Assembly (NCBI RefSeq): GCF_036321535.1
Contig: NC_087436.1
Coordinates: 18,042,001-18,106,000, forward strand
DNA: 64,000 bases
Direction: 5' to 3'
Origin: Camelus dromedarius
Taxonomy: Eukaryota
The position numbers and the translations under genes are program-made. Shown here in pieces: positions 28,028-42,260 of this stretch. Position 1 is the stretch's first letter. Every line of letters starts with the position of its first letter. The notes below the pieces were generated by a model, which worked only from the letters and a program-made list of their open reading frames with translations, made no database searches and was not told the DNA's origin.

Positions 28028-28639
28028 GAAGTTTATGATACAAGTTGTCCTTTATCACCAAAATAGCGCTCATCTGGGCTTTATTGGGGTTTAGATCTCC
28101 AAGGGTTGTTTAGAAACCAGGCCATCCCTGAGATAACACATAATGACCCACTGAGCTGTGTGGAGACCTTGAAATCTTAACAGTGGCTGAACAAGAGTCC
28201 CTCTGTCTTGCCCAGGTCTTGTTTCTACTTTTGAGATCTTGAGGGATTCGCTGGTTGGGCAGAAATGAATGAAGAAGAACCCAGTACACAGGATTTTTCA
28301 ATTCTGCAGGGCTGTGCACGTGTCTGCTTTGAGGTCTGGGGTTTAGAGGTGCATTTGGATCAGGCAAAGAGAGGTAGACTGTGCAGTATGTACGTTTGCC
28401 ATCCTACGTGTGTTTCATTTGAGGCTTGGACTTGTAGGTACGCCGACATTCACACGGTTTCCTTTGTCACGTGTCAGAGTTGTTAGTGATACTTTCGTGT
28501 AAGAGTTATCCATTATACTACAGCCTAAATATTTTTCACTGCAAAGGTTGTTTCTGTTCCATATCACCCTCTAGGTATAGACATCTTAAGGATACTTCTA
28601 ATATGTATAAAGCGTAAGTGCTCTAACAGAAGAGTTCCA

Positions 28640-28812
28640 AGGATGAATCCCAGCTAAGCTAGCCACATGGTTTAGCCTCTGTCTTCACTGACAAAATGGG
28701 GATAATACGACCAATCTCACGGAGTTCCCTCTATAGGCTCTTTAAATTAAAGATTAAATTATATGATTGGTAAAGCACCTGTCCCATAATAGGAATTCAA
28801 CCAATGTTAGTT
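28640..28812 (+). mobile_element. MIR remnant
   Basis: CAAAATGGGGATAATA...AAGATTAAAT...GTAAAGCACCTG...AATGTTAG. Confidence 0.55.
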
Positions 28813-31800
28813 CCCTGCCCACTGCCCTGAATAACCTACTCGTTTTTCTAGATAACAGATGTTTTGCATAGTCAAGTACAAGTATGTTAAATGCTTGCTA
28901 TCGCACATGGGGGGTGCAAGTCACTCCTCCTGAAAAAAATGTTCCTTGTTCCTTTTCTGACTTGCTTGTCTTTTCTTATTACACATCATAATAAATGTTT
29001 CTCAAGGTTAAAAAGCTTACAGCACTTGGCTTTTGTCGTTTAATGTTTTCTTTGATTATCTTTCACTAAAATAGGCAGCCTGCCTAAAATTTAAGTCATG
29101 ATAATTAGAACTTGTATTTTTTTAAATGAAAAGCTAACACCTTTCCCACTGAGAAGAATGTTTATCTGGAATTTGGTGCTTACCCACATGGGAAGAACTC
29201 TTGAAACACCACAGGGGAAAAAACAAGTCCAATCTGACTTCCAGATTAAAATCTTAGAATCCTAAAAACATAACTTCAAAAGATCTGTGTTTAAAGGTGG
29301 CAAAGGCAACCTGTACTTACTTCTCAAGTGAGTTCCACCCTCCTACCCCCCACCCCACCCTTTCTGGCATTTAAAACCTGTTAATCCAGGCTCAGTCATA
29401 AACCTCAGCAGCGGGGGATCATTGTTCATTGGTTTATTATGGGCAGACTGGACTGGTTTAAACCGAGCAGAGGAAGTTAATTATCAAATGTTTTAGCTGG
29501 CTCTAGCAATGAATAACCAGTTCTCGGTGGACACTGTCTTACTCACCAGGCAACATTGTAAGATGTGGGGAGTGGGGGGATGGGAAATCGCCCATCAGAA
29601 TCTGCAATGCGGGAATTTGCTGGGACTGCCCTAATCTGTTCCCCAGGTTGTTCGAACCAGTTCAAGAGCAGTTAAACAAGGTTATGTAAGTGCCATGTGA
29701 TGTAGCCCAAAATAGTGACTGCAAACACAGGCTGCCGTTGCTGGGCAGTTGTCAACTGCTTTAAAAAAAAAAAAAATCCTCCAGCAGGACAACAAATGGA
29801 CGTCTAAAAATGAAATAGAGATTTAAGCAAAAAGTTTATTTTAAAAGGCATTTGTTGAAATTGCCTTTCAGATGCTGAAATTGAATGACATTTTCGAAAA
29901 GGGGACACTTATGTTCTACGTAAGATCTGGTTATTCTCAAGCAGCCATCGGGGTAGTTCAGTGAAAAAGGCTCTTAAAAAGTTTGGTTCGCTGCTCAAGT
30001 GCTGGGTTCCCACGTTTTAATGAACAGCAACAACAAAACCATCAGATTGGCTAATGGCTTTGGGCATGTAACAAATTATTGAGCAATGTATCATTCAGAT
30101 AGTGATAACTATTAAGCTATTCTATGTTACTGTCCCTTTTAGTTGAATTCTCTTGTAGCTTCAAGGTGTGAAAAAGAAAATTACATTTCACGTAACACGG
30201 TAAGCATGAAAATAAGGCTTTTAAAGGAAAACAGGATTCTGCGGTGAAATGTCTTTGACAGATTGTTTTTTGAAAGGGAAACAAAACAGCAAGAGAAAAG
30301 GGTTTAAAATCTGTCTTAACTGTCATCCAGAGGTTTGCACCCTAAGATTTGGATTCCCACAGCGACCACATCATCTGGGTTCCCTGCCTTTTAAGAAGCT
30401 GTAGATCTGGGGAGGCAGGAATCCTGAGGTGAGATTCTGGGAGGTGGGCAGAGGGGACCATAGGATTCCTGTTGCAAGATTTGTGCTTGACAACTGCCCG
30501 GGTACCTGTCCCTGTTGCTGAGATCTGAGTCTCAGGGACTCTGGTGTGGGGTTCTCATCTCTCAGGGACCTGTGAAATAGCACTGCATTTCCCCACCTGG
30601 ATTCTGGGCAAGCCAAGAAATAAAACAAAGCAGTGGCTGGTGAAAGATAAAATATCAACTTTTTTTGGAGGGGGTAAATACGTTGAAAGATACGGCTTGC
30701 TTAGTAGTAAGAACAAAAAGTGGGGGAGGGCCCTGCTCCCTGAGCCCCCCAAATTAGATACAGGGACAGGCAGTGCTGAATCAGGGCGAGCGCCCCACAA
30801 CTGGAACCAGCACCTGCTCCCTGGGGGAGCCCCCCCCCCCCACCAAGAGGAAGAGAGTAGTGCTGAGGCAAGCAAGTCAGATTTATTCTTCTCAGACTTA
30901 CTAGTGGAGGCAGAGTGAGTAAAGGAGCTGGAGAGAGGTGTGAAGTGTGGCATCACGGAGCTGTCTCCACCTGGAGGGAAACACCCCAGCGGGGGCGGGG
31001 GGTGGGGGCAGAAGGGTCCCCTCTGGTTTGCCCAGTCTGAGGCCCCAGGCCCAACTTCTCAGTGGGGATGGAGAGGGATCTGGGGTCCTGGGCGGGGCCA
31101 AATGTCAATGACCGGTGTGATAAGAAGTCATTTTTCAAGATATAGGTGTAGAATTTGGAGTATTCTCTTCAGTCTAAAATCACTTCACTTCCCTGCCTGG
31201 ATGAATGCCTGCTCATAAAATCAAGTTCAACCACCTCCTTCTCCCTGCGTCTTTCTTTAAATATTCTAAAAGGTGTTTGTAGGTGTTCACTGTGGTTTTA
31301 GAGCTTCTAGAACATGGTTCTTTCCGTATCTAATTTGACCTGAGAAGTTTATTATTTTACTTGATAAAAGGGAACTACCTTGATGATCGGCCATGCTTAT
31401 GCCTTAACTCCCACATGGGAGAAAAAGAAGAGAATTTTTTCCAGATGGTGTCGTTGGAGGCACAGAACATTGCTGGGGACTTGAAAGAGGTGTGTGCCTC
31501 CATAGATGTCGCTGAATATGAAGTCAGTGGAGCCAGAGGAAAGCAGAAATAGGACTCCTTCCTGAGGTCAGAAGAAGAGCTGATGGGGAAGGTGTGCGTC
31601 AGGGGCTCCCCTAGCCTAGGGCTGAGCTCCAGAGAGGGTCTGCCAGGCAGAGACCTGCTGGCTGCACGCTGCACGCCCCGGCTGCAGCCTGAGGATGTCT
31701 CTGAGGACGCTGTTTGTGGGTCAGGACTGACCTACGTGTCTGTACGTGTGAACAGACACAGATACACACAGTGACCAATCTTCTGAGTTTTTCCACTTTG

Positions 31801-32489
31801 TCAAAATAAGCCTCAACATATATTGTCTTTCACCCCAGTGATATGTAACACCAGTAGTAAGAACACCAGTAAAAATAACGATCCAGTGTTACTGTATCGA
31901 ATGCCTCTGATCCAGGCTTTGCTTACTTTTCCCGAAATGGCAGTTAAGTTTTACTAAGCACATCTCTGAGCTCTGCCCACCTGCCCACCTCCCCTCCTTG
32001 GGCTCCGGTGGCTCCGTGTTACTTTGAATAAGGTGTGTAAGGATTTGGACTTGAGAGTTTAGGTAGTGAAGGGCCCTCAGAGGCCTCTCACCAGGTAGAT
32101 GAGACAGTCAGATTTGTGATTCAGAAGCATCACTGTGCAGGCTGTACAGAAGATGGGAGGCTCGGGGCTGGGGATGGCTGCTCAGAGGAGCCCTGGTGGT
32201 CCAGTGGGACGCTGCCTGGGCCACTGATAGGTTCAAAGTGGGGGCAGGTTCAAAGGGACCAGGGGGGTCCCTTACATTCATTTCAACCAGGGTAGCTCTT
32301 CTTTTCCTCTTTTAACAGATTGAGGTCTATGTCAGAGTTAACATTTTTAGAAAGCTTTTAAAGTTTAAGACGCCTTTGATTTAGACATGGGGAAGTAACA
32401 GAGACAGGTAGACTAGTTACAAGTCCATTGAAATAATAATGAAAACATGCAGTGATCACGCTAACAGCCATCGTGAGTGGTAATAGCAG

Positions 32490-32690
32490 TGTTACAGCAG
32501 TAGCACCCCCATTCATTGGAGCCTCACTGGATGCCGGCAGCCGTTCTGGGTGCTGTGTGCGCTGTGTTAATCTTCAGGGGGAACTCATGAGATAGGCGCC
32601 TGGATAATTCCCACTTGACGAGAGGAAATTGATGGACAGAAAGGTTAAGTAACTTGTCTGAGGTCACACATAATAAGCAAGAGGCCAAAT
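32490..32690 (-). mobile_element. MIR remnant
   Basis: GAGGAAATTGATGGACAGAAAGGTTAAGTAACTTGTCTGAGGTCACACA. Confidence 0.65.
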
Positions 32691-33470
32691 TTCATAATTC
32701 AGAAATTTAACCAGAAGAGCCTGAACGAAGGGGAGAAAGTACTAGTGAACATGGACAGGATTCCAGAGAAGCTTGGCAGCAGGGGGAGAGGGTCTTCAGG
32801 ACACTGGGATCAATTGAGTGCAGAGCGTTTCAGGGATGGGGTGTCAATCAAGGATGACCCGGGGCTTTTAGCTGTGACACTTGGTTGTAGCTTTAAGGAT
32901 AAGGAAGAGAAGAGGTTGGAAGGGGGCTCCGTGTAGGGTGGGGACGTTAAGCTTGGTTTGAAGTGTCAGACATTCAATTCAGGTGGGTGCTTGTGTGGGT
33001 CTGAAACCAAAAGGGAAGAGAGGGCTCAGGAGCCCACATGGCCTTGGCAGCCCCGGACGTCCTCTGGTCACCAGAGTGTGTAGCTGTTGCCTGCTCCTCG
33101 TCTGTACCCCTGCCTTCCTGGGCTTCAGCCAGCCAGACCAGGCACTCACTGCCTCTCCCTGTGCTCGCCCCTTGCTTGGGATGCCTGTGTGTCTATCCTG
33201 TTCCCAATCCGCAACATTCTTCAAGGCTCACCTTAGATGCTTTCTTCTTCCATAGAGCCGTCCTCATCTCCCCAGCTCAAATATTATCGCTTTCCCCTTT
33301 AAAGTCACACTACAGGAGCCCCATATGATTTCCCTTAATCATTAACATCTTCCCAGCCTTTGGAACATAAGGGTCTTGGAAGGAATGGACTGCATTTTGC
33401 CTCTTTATAGCCTGCTGACCTCTTCATCATCTTTGCTAAATGGAATTAAGTCATGGTCTGGGAACGCATT

Positions 33471-34056
33471 TTATATTATTTGTTTATTGAAGTACAGTCA
33501 GTTACAATGTGTCAATTTCTGGTGTACAGTGCAATGTCCCAGTCATGCATATATATAATATATTCATTTTCATATTCTTTTTCATTAAAGGTTACTACAA
33601 GATATTGAATATAGTTATTTGTGCTATACAGAAGAAACTTGGTTATTTAAATCTATTTTTATATATAGTGGCTAACATTTCCCAAATTTATCCCTTCCCA
33701 TCCCCTTCCCCTTGGTAACCATAAGATTGTTCACTATGTCTGTGAGTCTGTTTCTGTCTTGTAGATGAATTCATTAGTGTCCTCTTTTCTTTTTTTAAGA
33801 TTCCACATGTGAGTGATATCATATGGTATTTTTCTTTCTCTTTATGGCTTACTTCACTTAGGTCCATCCATGTTGCTGCAAATGACATTATTTTATTCAT
33901 ATTTTATGGCTGAGTAGTATTCCATTGTATAAATGTATATACACATCTCCTTTATCCATTCATCTGCAGATGGACATTTAGATTGTTTCCATGCCTTGGA
34001 TGTTGTATATAGTGCTGTTGTGAACATTGGGGTGCATGTATCTTTTTGAATTAGAG
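33471..34056 (-). mobile_element. Lineage-specific L1 3' fragment, antisense
   Basis: 3'UTR related to the copies at 16034 and 47276 (TTGAAGTACAGTCAGTTACAATGTGTCAATTTCTGGTGTACAG); ORF fragment MSFAATWMDL...YHMISLTCGI. Confidence 0.9.
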
Positions 34057-34688
34057 CTAGGAACTCTAATTAGATTTAAATCTCAGAATCTCTTTTTCTT
34101 CTTTGTAAGAGTCTTGATCCTCAACCTGCTGGCCCCTAGATATCTGCTACTCCCACCTGGCCAAATGGAATTCGGTCTCCCAGATTCACCTTTCCTTCTA
34201 CCCCTGAACACGTGAGCCTACTGACTTTTAAGAGTTTGGATATTAAGTTGTAATGGAAAACAGACAGGGGAGATGAGGAACAAAATACAAGGAAGCTGTA
34301 ACTTCCCAGCATCTTACACTACTCCCACAGACGTGGGTGCTAGACTCAAATTCTTAGCTGAGTTGCAAACAGATCAGAGAGTCCTGACTTTTTGTGCTGT
34401 GTTTACCTTAAGGATACAGTTCACCACTCTCATATCCTTGTCAACACTTAGAAAAAGTTAAGGCTTAAAGATGAAATCAGAGCTGAGTGGTATTTACCAT
34501 GTATCAAGTAGACCCTTTTCATCTAGAAGCCTTCCTAATTCAGTGGTCATAGTCACTCCCACAGGAAATTCTTTACTTACTTATATTTAGTTAAGAGTTG
34601 ACTGTGTTTTTTCTTTGGATTTTCTTACACTTTTTTTTTTTTTTTCAAGACTGGGCTAATCAAATAGATGATGGATAATAACTATCAC

Positions 34689-34790
34689 TTTTTTTTTAGG
34701 TTTGTTTGTGTTTGTTTGTTTGTTTGTTTAGTGGAGGTACTGGGGATTGAACCCAGGATGTCGTAAAGCTAGGCATGCACTCTACCCCTT
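34689..34790 (-). mobile_element. vic-1-like tRNA-derived SINE, partial, with (TTTG)n tail
   Basis: GGAGGTACTGGGGATTGAACCCAGGA...GCATGCACTCTACC is the reverse of the SINE body. Confidence 0.8.
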
Positions 34791-34819
34791 CCCACTCACC
34801 TTTTTTTTTTTTTTTTTGA

Positions 34820-35040
34820 GTCCTTACCTCAGGCCAGGCTTTGTGCTGCTTGTTATATGTAATAATTTGAATCCATCCAACAACCTACAAAGTAGGCATT
34901 ACTGTGTCCATTTCATAGATCAGGAAGCTGAGGCTCAGAACCATTTGGTAACTTGGCCAAGAATCTCATAATTCCCTGTTGACCGAGGTAGGATTAGAAC
35001 CTGGTTTTATTTGGTTACAAAGTTGTGCCCTTCCCACTCA
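34820..35040 (-). mobile_element. MIR remnant
   Basis: CCATTTCATAGATCAGGAAGCTGAGGCTCAGA...GTAACTTGGCCAAG. Confidence 0.65.
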
Positions 35041-35429
35041 CTGTATCTTCTCCCTGCTGCCTTTCGTGTTTCCACCTTTTCCACTATAGCATTACTGATG
35101 CTTTGAGGCAGGATCCATATGTCACCCAATCTGTACTTTCTTCTCTGGGACCAGCCCAAGTATAAAGAAATGACGTTGATAAAATAAATTGAAGGTTCGG
35201 GGACTTAGAGGTGGGGTTGGCAACTGGATTACATCCTTTATTGAAGTAGCCCATTGATGTTACTTTTTCTTAAAAAATATATTAGATGCTGATAGCTTGT
35301 CAATAATGTTTTGGAAAGTTTAGGTGTTTATGGAAAGGGTGCTCAACTTCATTAAAATTAATTTGTCCCCCCAAAAGCAGTAATGTAAATAGTTTAATAC
35401 TTCTGAGAGGAACTTATATGGAGGCTGAA

Positions 35430-35745
35430 TTTTGTGTTAAGTTTCCCCTTCGTGGAGATAGTCTTCATTGAAGTTCCACATGTATGTCCAGCTCTTGGCC
35501 TTCTCGGCACATGGTAAGATGACAATTCCAGCCTCCCTTGTGATTGGGTAGATCATTGGACTAAATCTGAGTAATGAAGAGTGAGTTGCCCACTCTGGGC
35601 TGGGGAATTAGATTCCCTTAGTCAGATGCTACAGCTCTCCTCTGCCGTGAGACTCACAACATCACTGTGGTGGCTGCTGCATCTCCCTGGGGCCCAGGGT
35701 GAGATGGCGTGGAACAGAATTCTCAGCCTATCTGCTGTTGCCTGA
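35430..35745. mobile_element. MLT1-like MaLR LTR remnant
   Basis: GGCACATGGTAAGATGACAATTCCAGCCTCCCTTG...GGTGGCTGCTGCATCTCCCTGGGGCCC. Confidence 0.55.
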
Positions 35746-36464
35746 TTAATAAATCTTTACCAAAAAGCCCACAACTTTTAGCTTTGTTGATTTTTCTCTA
35801 CTGCTTGTCTTTTTTCCTTATCATTGATTTCTACACAGTTGTTTTATTCCTTCTTTTTAGTTTGTGTTTTTTTTTCTAGCTTCTTAAGGTAGAATTTTAG
35901 ATTGTCAATTTTAAATCCTTCTTCTTTTCTAATATAAATATATAAAGCTAAAAATTTTCCTGTAAATACTGCTTTAGATATAATTTTGATAGGTTAAATT
36001 TTCATTATCATTCAGTTTGAAATATTCAGTAATTTCCTTGTAATTCCTTCATTGATCCATAAATTTTTGGAAGTATGTTGCTTAATTTTCAAATGTGGGG
36101 CTCTTCTCGATATCATTTTGTCAGTGATTGCTAATTTAGTTCCTTATGGTCAGAAAACACATTGTATATGATTTCAGTCCTTTTAGAATTTTAGACCTGT
36201 TTTATGGGTCAAGATGTAGTCTATCTTAGTGAGTATTTCATGTGCACTTGAAAAGAACGTGTATATTATGCAGTTGTGTGACCTAAATGTTAATTAGGTC
36301 AAAGTGTTTGATAATACTGTTCAAATCTTCTGTATCCTCCTAGTTTTTCTGGGCGGTGGTTGTTCTATTGGTTGCTGAGAGAGGGGTTTTTTTCATCTCC
36401 AACTGTGATTTTGGATTTATCTTTTTTCCCCTTAGTTCTGACAGTTTTTGCCTGATGAATTTTG

Positions 36465-36599
36465 GTTTATTTATTTATTTAATTTTTCTGGAGGGGGGAG
36501 GTAATGAGGCTTATTTATTTATTATATTTCTAGAGGAGGTACTGGGGATTGAACCCAGGACCTCATGCATGCTAAGCACACACTCTACCACTTGAGGCT
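36465..36599 (-). mobile_element. vic-1-like SINE inserted into the L1 endonuclease region
   Basis: Reverse SINE body; 12-bp TSD TGATGAATTTTG at 36453-36464 and 36600-36611. Confidence 0.9.
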
Positions 36600-37121
36600 T
36601 GATGAATTTTGAAGGTCTGCTATTAGGTGAGTTGATATTTAGGGCTATTATATCTTGATTTAATAATTTTGAAGTGATATCCTTTATCTTTGGTGATACT
36701 TTTTCTTGTGAAGTCTGCTTTGTCTGATTGTAATATAGCCACATTAACTTCCTTACGCTTACCTTTTTCATTGTATATATTTTTCGGTCTTTTAACCTTC
36801 ACCCTGTCTGTGCCTTTATATTTAAAATGCATCATAAAACACACTTAGGTCTTGCATTTTTTTAAATCCAGTATACCATCTTTGATTTTTAATTGGAGTG
36901 TTTAGACCGTTTACATTTAGTGTAACTATTGATATAGTTGAGTTTATATTTCTTATCTTGATGTTTTGTTTTCTTTGTGTTTCCTCTTTAATTTGCTCCT
37001 TTATTTTTCCCTTCCTCTCCTTTTGGGTCAAGCATTTTCAGTATGCATTTTATACCTTTATTGTCTCTTGAGCTACATTTAGTGTTATTATTCTAGTACT
37101 TGTTTCATTTCTCAAAGATTG

Positions 37122-37305
37122 CAGTATTTCTCAGATTAATGGACATCAGAATCAACTGAAAGGTTAGATAAAACACAGATTTCTAGGTCCCATTCCAAAA
37201 TTCTGAGTTAGTAGATCTGAAACTTGGCCTATGGATTTCCATTTCTGATGAATTCTTTGGCGATGCTGATACTACTTGCCCAGGGCCATACTTAGAGAAC
37301 CATTG
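37122..37305. mobile_element. MER5A-like hAT element nested in the old L1
   Basis: CAGTATTTCTCA...CATCAGAATCA...AAAACACAGATT...GAGAACCATTG. Confidence 0.7.
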
Positions 37306-40300
37306 CTCTAGGGATTACGGAATGTACTCTTAACTTGTCATAGTCTACCCTGAATAATTTATACCATTTCAAGTATAATGTAAGAGATTTAAGAGCAGTA
37401 GCATTTCATTTATATCACTTTCTATTTTTTCTGCTATGTTTTCACTTTCACTTTAAACAGTCATTTAGCTTTTGAAGAATTTTTAAAAAGAAAAAAATTT
37501 TTAAGTTTTACTATCTACTTATCATTTCTAGTGTTTTTCTTTTCTGTACCCCCAGATTTCTCTCTTGTATCATTTCCCTTCAGCATAAAGAACTTTTTTT
37601 ATTTCTTGTAATGTGATTCTACTAGCAATAAATTCTCTTAGCTTTAGTTTATCCAAAAGTGTCTTTATTTTACCTTCATTTTGAGAAATGTTCCCATTGG
37701 TTATTCTGGATTGGTGGTCTTTAAAGATCTTGTATGTTGTCATCTGGCCTCAATTATTTTTATAAAGAATCAGTTATTACTCTTAATCCTTGTTCCCCTT
37801 TATACAATGTAATTTTTATTGCTGCTGTCCTGGTTGCTTTTAAGAATTTTTATATTTATTTTTCATCAATTTAACTATGTTGTGCCTTAGTGGTTTTCTT
37901 TGTATTTATCTTTTGGGACATTTGCTAAGCTTTCTAGATTTGTAGGTTGTTGTTTTAGTCAAATTTGGAAATTGTTATATATATTTTTTTTTCTGACCTA
38001 TTCTCTCTCTACTTTCCTCGAGGGCTCCAACTACACATATGTTAAATTACTTAATGCTGTCCCACAGGCCATTGGTTCCTTGTTTTATGTTTTAATTTTT
38101 CTCTCTTAGAGTTTCAGTTTTTATGATGTATATTTCTTTAATTTCACTGAATTTTTGTTAGTGCCCAGTGCATTATTAATTCCAAGCAAACATGTTTTAT
38201 CTTAGATACTGTATTTTGTAGTTCTTTTATTTCCATTATGTTGTTGTTATAGTTTCCAAGTCTCTTCTGAGGCTCTCCATTTCTTCACCCCTTTTACTCA
38301 TATTTTTTTTTAGAGTCTAACATATCAATTTAAAAATCCTTGTCTGGTCATTTCAACCTCTAGGTCATTTGTGAATCTGTTTCTACTGGCTAAGTTTTCT
38401 ATTGACTCTGGTTTGCATTTTTCTGTTTTGTTCTAGTAATTATCGTTATACTCTAGACATTCTGGAAACTCCAGATTCTGTTGTATTTCTCTGAAGAATA
38501 CTGAATTTTGTTCTAGTAGTCAGTTAAATTACTGACAGATCACTCTGAATATATAGGGCTTTTGCTTTATGTCTTTTTAGGGTAGGTCTGTTTTGGTTGT
38601 GCATTTAACCCTAAGGTAAATGCCTTAATTCTAGGATACAGTATTTCCTCCTAAGGCAGGAACCTTCTAGAATTTCAGTGAGAAGCCTGGTATTTATTGA
38701 GTCCTAATTTAGTGAGATTTGACCTCTGTCTCCCTGTAATTGGCAGTGGCTGAACTACCTGCTCAGTGATTTCAAGCCTTAAATTGTTTCACCCCTGGAC
38801 TCTTTGGAGCCTCATGCTTGGTTCAGAGGTCAGCCAAAAATTTGAGGGGAGCCATATGTGCACCCCTCATGATACTTTCCTTTCCAAAATACTTACCCTT
38901 CTTTAATTTCTAGCTGTCCCCAAAGTCCCAGAGTCTGTTCTCTGCCTTCTCAGGTCAGTAAGATTGAGGATTTTGCTTGGTTTCTATCCAGACTCCACTG
39001 AAGGGAGTAGGAGTCCAAGACCCTCAGGAAAAAAGGCCATTCAAACATGAATCATGTTCAGGGTGATTCTCTTTTCTCAGGAGTCTGTTTTCCTCCAGTT
39101 TCTGCCTGATTTGATTGTATCCCGCCTCCCCCATTGCCTTTAAATCTTTCCCCTCCCTTTTTGTGGATCATTTATAATTGTTATCTGTAGGAAGTTTATC
39201 CAATTGAAGCTGTTCTGCCCCTACTAGAACTAGAATTCTTCCCCTAATGGACGTGCAACTTGAATGAGAGAGAAGTCTTTGTTTCCTTTACCACTGACAT
39301 ATTTTTGAACCACAGGATCATTCCTGTGATTACTACTCTAATATGTAGCTATTTACTTGCGTAAAGTCCATCTCTGAGAACGTTCAAGTAGACTGTTAGT
39401 AGTATTTCCTGCTGCCATTCTACCTACCTGGTACATCACCTTCAGATGAATGTTTCTGCAGTACAGCTCTGGACTTCACAGCCTGTAGCAAGAATCTCAT
39501 CAGCTGGTGAATAAAATGAGTTTCTTAGCTTGTCGTTCAACGCCTCCACTGTCCGGTGCCCAGCATTCTGGTTGTCTGCCCTATGTTAACATTACAGTAG
39601 AAAATTACGTACCCCGAAAAGCCTGGAATGTGACTTATTCTGAATTAGCTATTTTTACACTAGGAGAGCACTGTATTTAAAAAGAACATGATCAAAAGTT
39701 TTTTATGTCTTCTAAATGCATTCTCTTGTTTTCATCATGGTTTTTTGGTTGTTGTTATTTCTATTTTTCAATATAGATAAGAGATGGGACACACATGACC
39801 TATTTGTGTCGGTGCAATTTAAATCTTTAATGTTTACACAACAAAAATACACATGACTGAGATTTGTCTCAAGACTGGTGTGATATATCCCTGCAGCGGT
39901 CCCTTACAACTCTCCCGCCCTGTTAGTGGAAGATGAATTGGTGACTGTGGCCACACCGTTTGGTAGAAACCAGCTACACTGTTTTAGGTACAGTACCTGG
40001 AAGGAAATTTTTTGCAGTTGTTACAGTAACATGGACTTTTTAAAGGTGTTCATTAAAAAAAATCCTTATAGAGCAATCGCAGCTTTTAGGAGTCTGTTTT
40101 TGAATCTTCTAGTGTGTTCATAAGACGGCAGGCATTTCTTATGCATTCTTGTATGCCTACAATGAAGAAACAGTCACATTTTATCATAGGTTCACAGAAA
40201 TGGAAAGAACTATAGACTACCCCAGTCCCTTATGCAAATGTTTCGTGGCTTTGCACACATAGTAGGTCCCCAGTAAATACTTGCTGAAATGAAACCAATT

Positions 40301-40574
40301 AAAGTGACATTTAGTTATTTCTTTGGAAGTTAAAGTTTATTCAATTCATTGTGAGTTATTGATGAAATCTTTGGTTTTGTATTTCATTTCACACCATGGG
40401 AAAAAAGGCATATAATGCTGGTTGCCGGTGGGTGATAATGTAGAGTGTGCCTCATTCAAGGAATGTTTCTTTGTTTATTGTTTCCAAAGAGCACTTTTCA
40501 GTGTCCTGTGGGACCACCTGTAAATTACATTGCAAATTGATGTTCAGAAAAGCCTCCGGCCTTAAAGCACAGCC

Positions 40575-40745
40575 GCACTGTCAGACTTAACTGAATTCTG
40601 CTTCCAGCTCCACCTTTTTTGGGAAATCACTTGACCAGTTCTAGCATGAGTTTCTTCTTGTGAATAATAGCAGTAATAATTGCCTTACATATGTCGTAGG
40701 GTTGTTGTAAGGTTTAAATAAGATGGTGCTATAAGAGGGCCTTAA
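40575..40745 (+). mobile_element. MIR remnant
   Basis: TAGGGTTGTTGTAAGGTTTAAATAAGAT matches the MIR 3' core. Confidence 0.55.
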
Positions 40746-41149
40746 AATCTTATTTTTAAAATGGCAACTTCTTAAGATTCTGTGAAATGTTCTTCTAATT
40801 GACTTTAGTCTTTACCATGGATATTGATTGCCTTTGTGTAATTATCCAACCCTACCTCCATTCACTGAGAGCCTTCAGTTTTTAGGAAGTCCTTTGATTA
40901 TTATAATTGTGGAGTTTCCTTTCTTCACTTGGATAGATTTCCCTGTTCTATGACTGTTGTTTTATTGTGATCATCCTTCCTAAGATTTACCATCATGTTA
41001 CTGAGAATGTGCTCTAGGTTAAATTACTTTAATACCATTAGGTAATACACATTACTTTTATTGGTATTTGCTGCAGTTTACCTAGTAATTCTCAACCAAA
41101 AGAGTGTGATGGTCCAGTCAGTCTTCAGTGAGTCTCCTTCTACTTTGTC

Positions 41150-42260
41150 TGGATGTTTCCAGTGACCCATGACTCAGTCCTCAGACCTCTTCTCTTTCCA
41201 GTCTCCGAATGGTCTCCCCCAGTCTCACAACTTAAAATCATGACCACAGGCTGATGCCATCTCCACCCCGGACCTCTCCAGAACTCCAGACCCGTGTGTC
41301 TAACTGACCCCTTGGCACTTCCACTTAGACACCTCTCAGCTGTCTCAAACGTAGCGTGTCGAAGGCTAAGCCGGGGTAATTCCCCATCAGCCACATGGTC
41401 TCCATTTTAATTCATGGCAGTTCAGTTTTTAAGAATTTAATACCTCTTTAACTCCCCTTTATCACAGATCTCTCAGCAAATTCTAGCAACCCTACCTTCA
41501 AAATTCCTCTAGAGCCTGACCACTTTTTGTCACTGTCACTGCTCCCTCACTAACCCAACCTGCCATCATCTTCCCCTAGATTATAGGGACAGCCTCCCAC
41601 CCCAGTCTCCATGCTTCTGTCCTTAGTCCTGTGCAGTCAGTTTTCTGCACAGCAGCCAGAGCGATCCAATTAAAGGTACGTCCCATCAAGTCATTTTTCT
41701 GTTCAAAGCTCTCCCGGCCCATGGCTTCGCATCTCACTCAAAGTCTTAAACGTGATCCTTAAGGCCTTACATGATCTGACTCACACTAGACTTTTTCCTC
41801 ATCTCCTCTTACTGTTCACTCATTCTTTCTGTCTTTCACACTCGGCTATTCCTTAAACATGCCAGGTAACCACCCCAACCCTCCCTCATTTTGGTCTCCC
41901 TCTGCCCTTCTATATTTTCTCCTCAAGATGTCCACACAATTAGTGCCTTCCTTTTTTCAGACCTTTATTTAAAAAACACCTTCCAGCGAGGCTTTCCCTG
42001 CACTCTTTCTGAAATGTCAACACCCTCCCTCTCCTCCCCCACGTCATATGTCCCTTCCCTTCATTTTCCTCCCTAGCCCCTATTACTGTCTCACGTTTGT
42101 ATGATTTACCTAATGACCTTGTCTGTTGACTGTCTCCCCCTCATTGAAAGGTCACGGGGGCCGGGACTTTGTCTGCTCCAGTGCTATTTCCCATTGTTTC
42201 TAGTGGTGCTTGGTCCCCAGTGGATGGTCAGTAACTTTGTTTTTGAATACATAAACAAGC
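41150..42260 (+). mobile_element. L2 LINE remnant (about 1.1 kb)
   Basis: CTCTCCAGAACTCCAGACCC; CACAGCAGCCAGAGCGATC; AAGGCCTTACATGATCTG; 3' end near 42250. Confidence 0.75.

Larger units (their letters stand above)
35755..39200 (-). mobile_element. Ancient L1 5' half (degenerate 5' region and ORF1, plus the ORF2 endonuclease N-terminus)
   Basis: Minus-strand peptides SIVTLNVNGLNTPIK, VAILQSDKADF and IALNINSPN match L1 APE-endonuclease motifs. The right boundary is approximate. Confidence 0.75.

Noticed and set aside
33334..33346. HNF1-like motif CTTAATCATTAAC; also a perfect ETS site ACTTCCGGT at 53646-53654
   Set aside because: Isolated short motifs are expected by chance in 64 kb and cannot be supported without conservation data.
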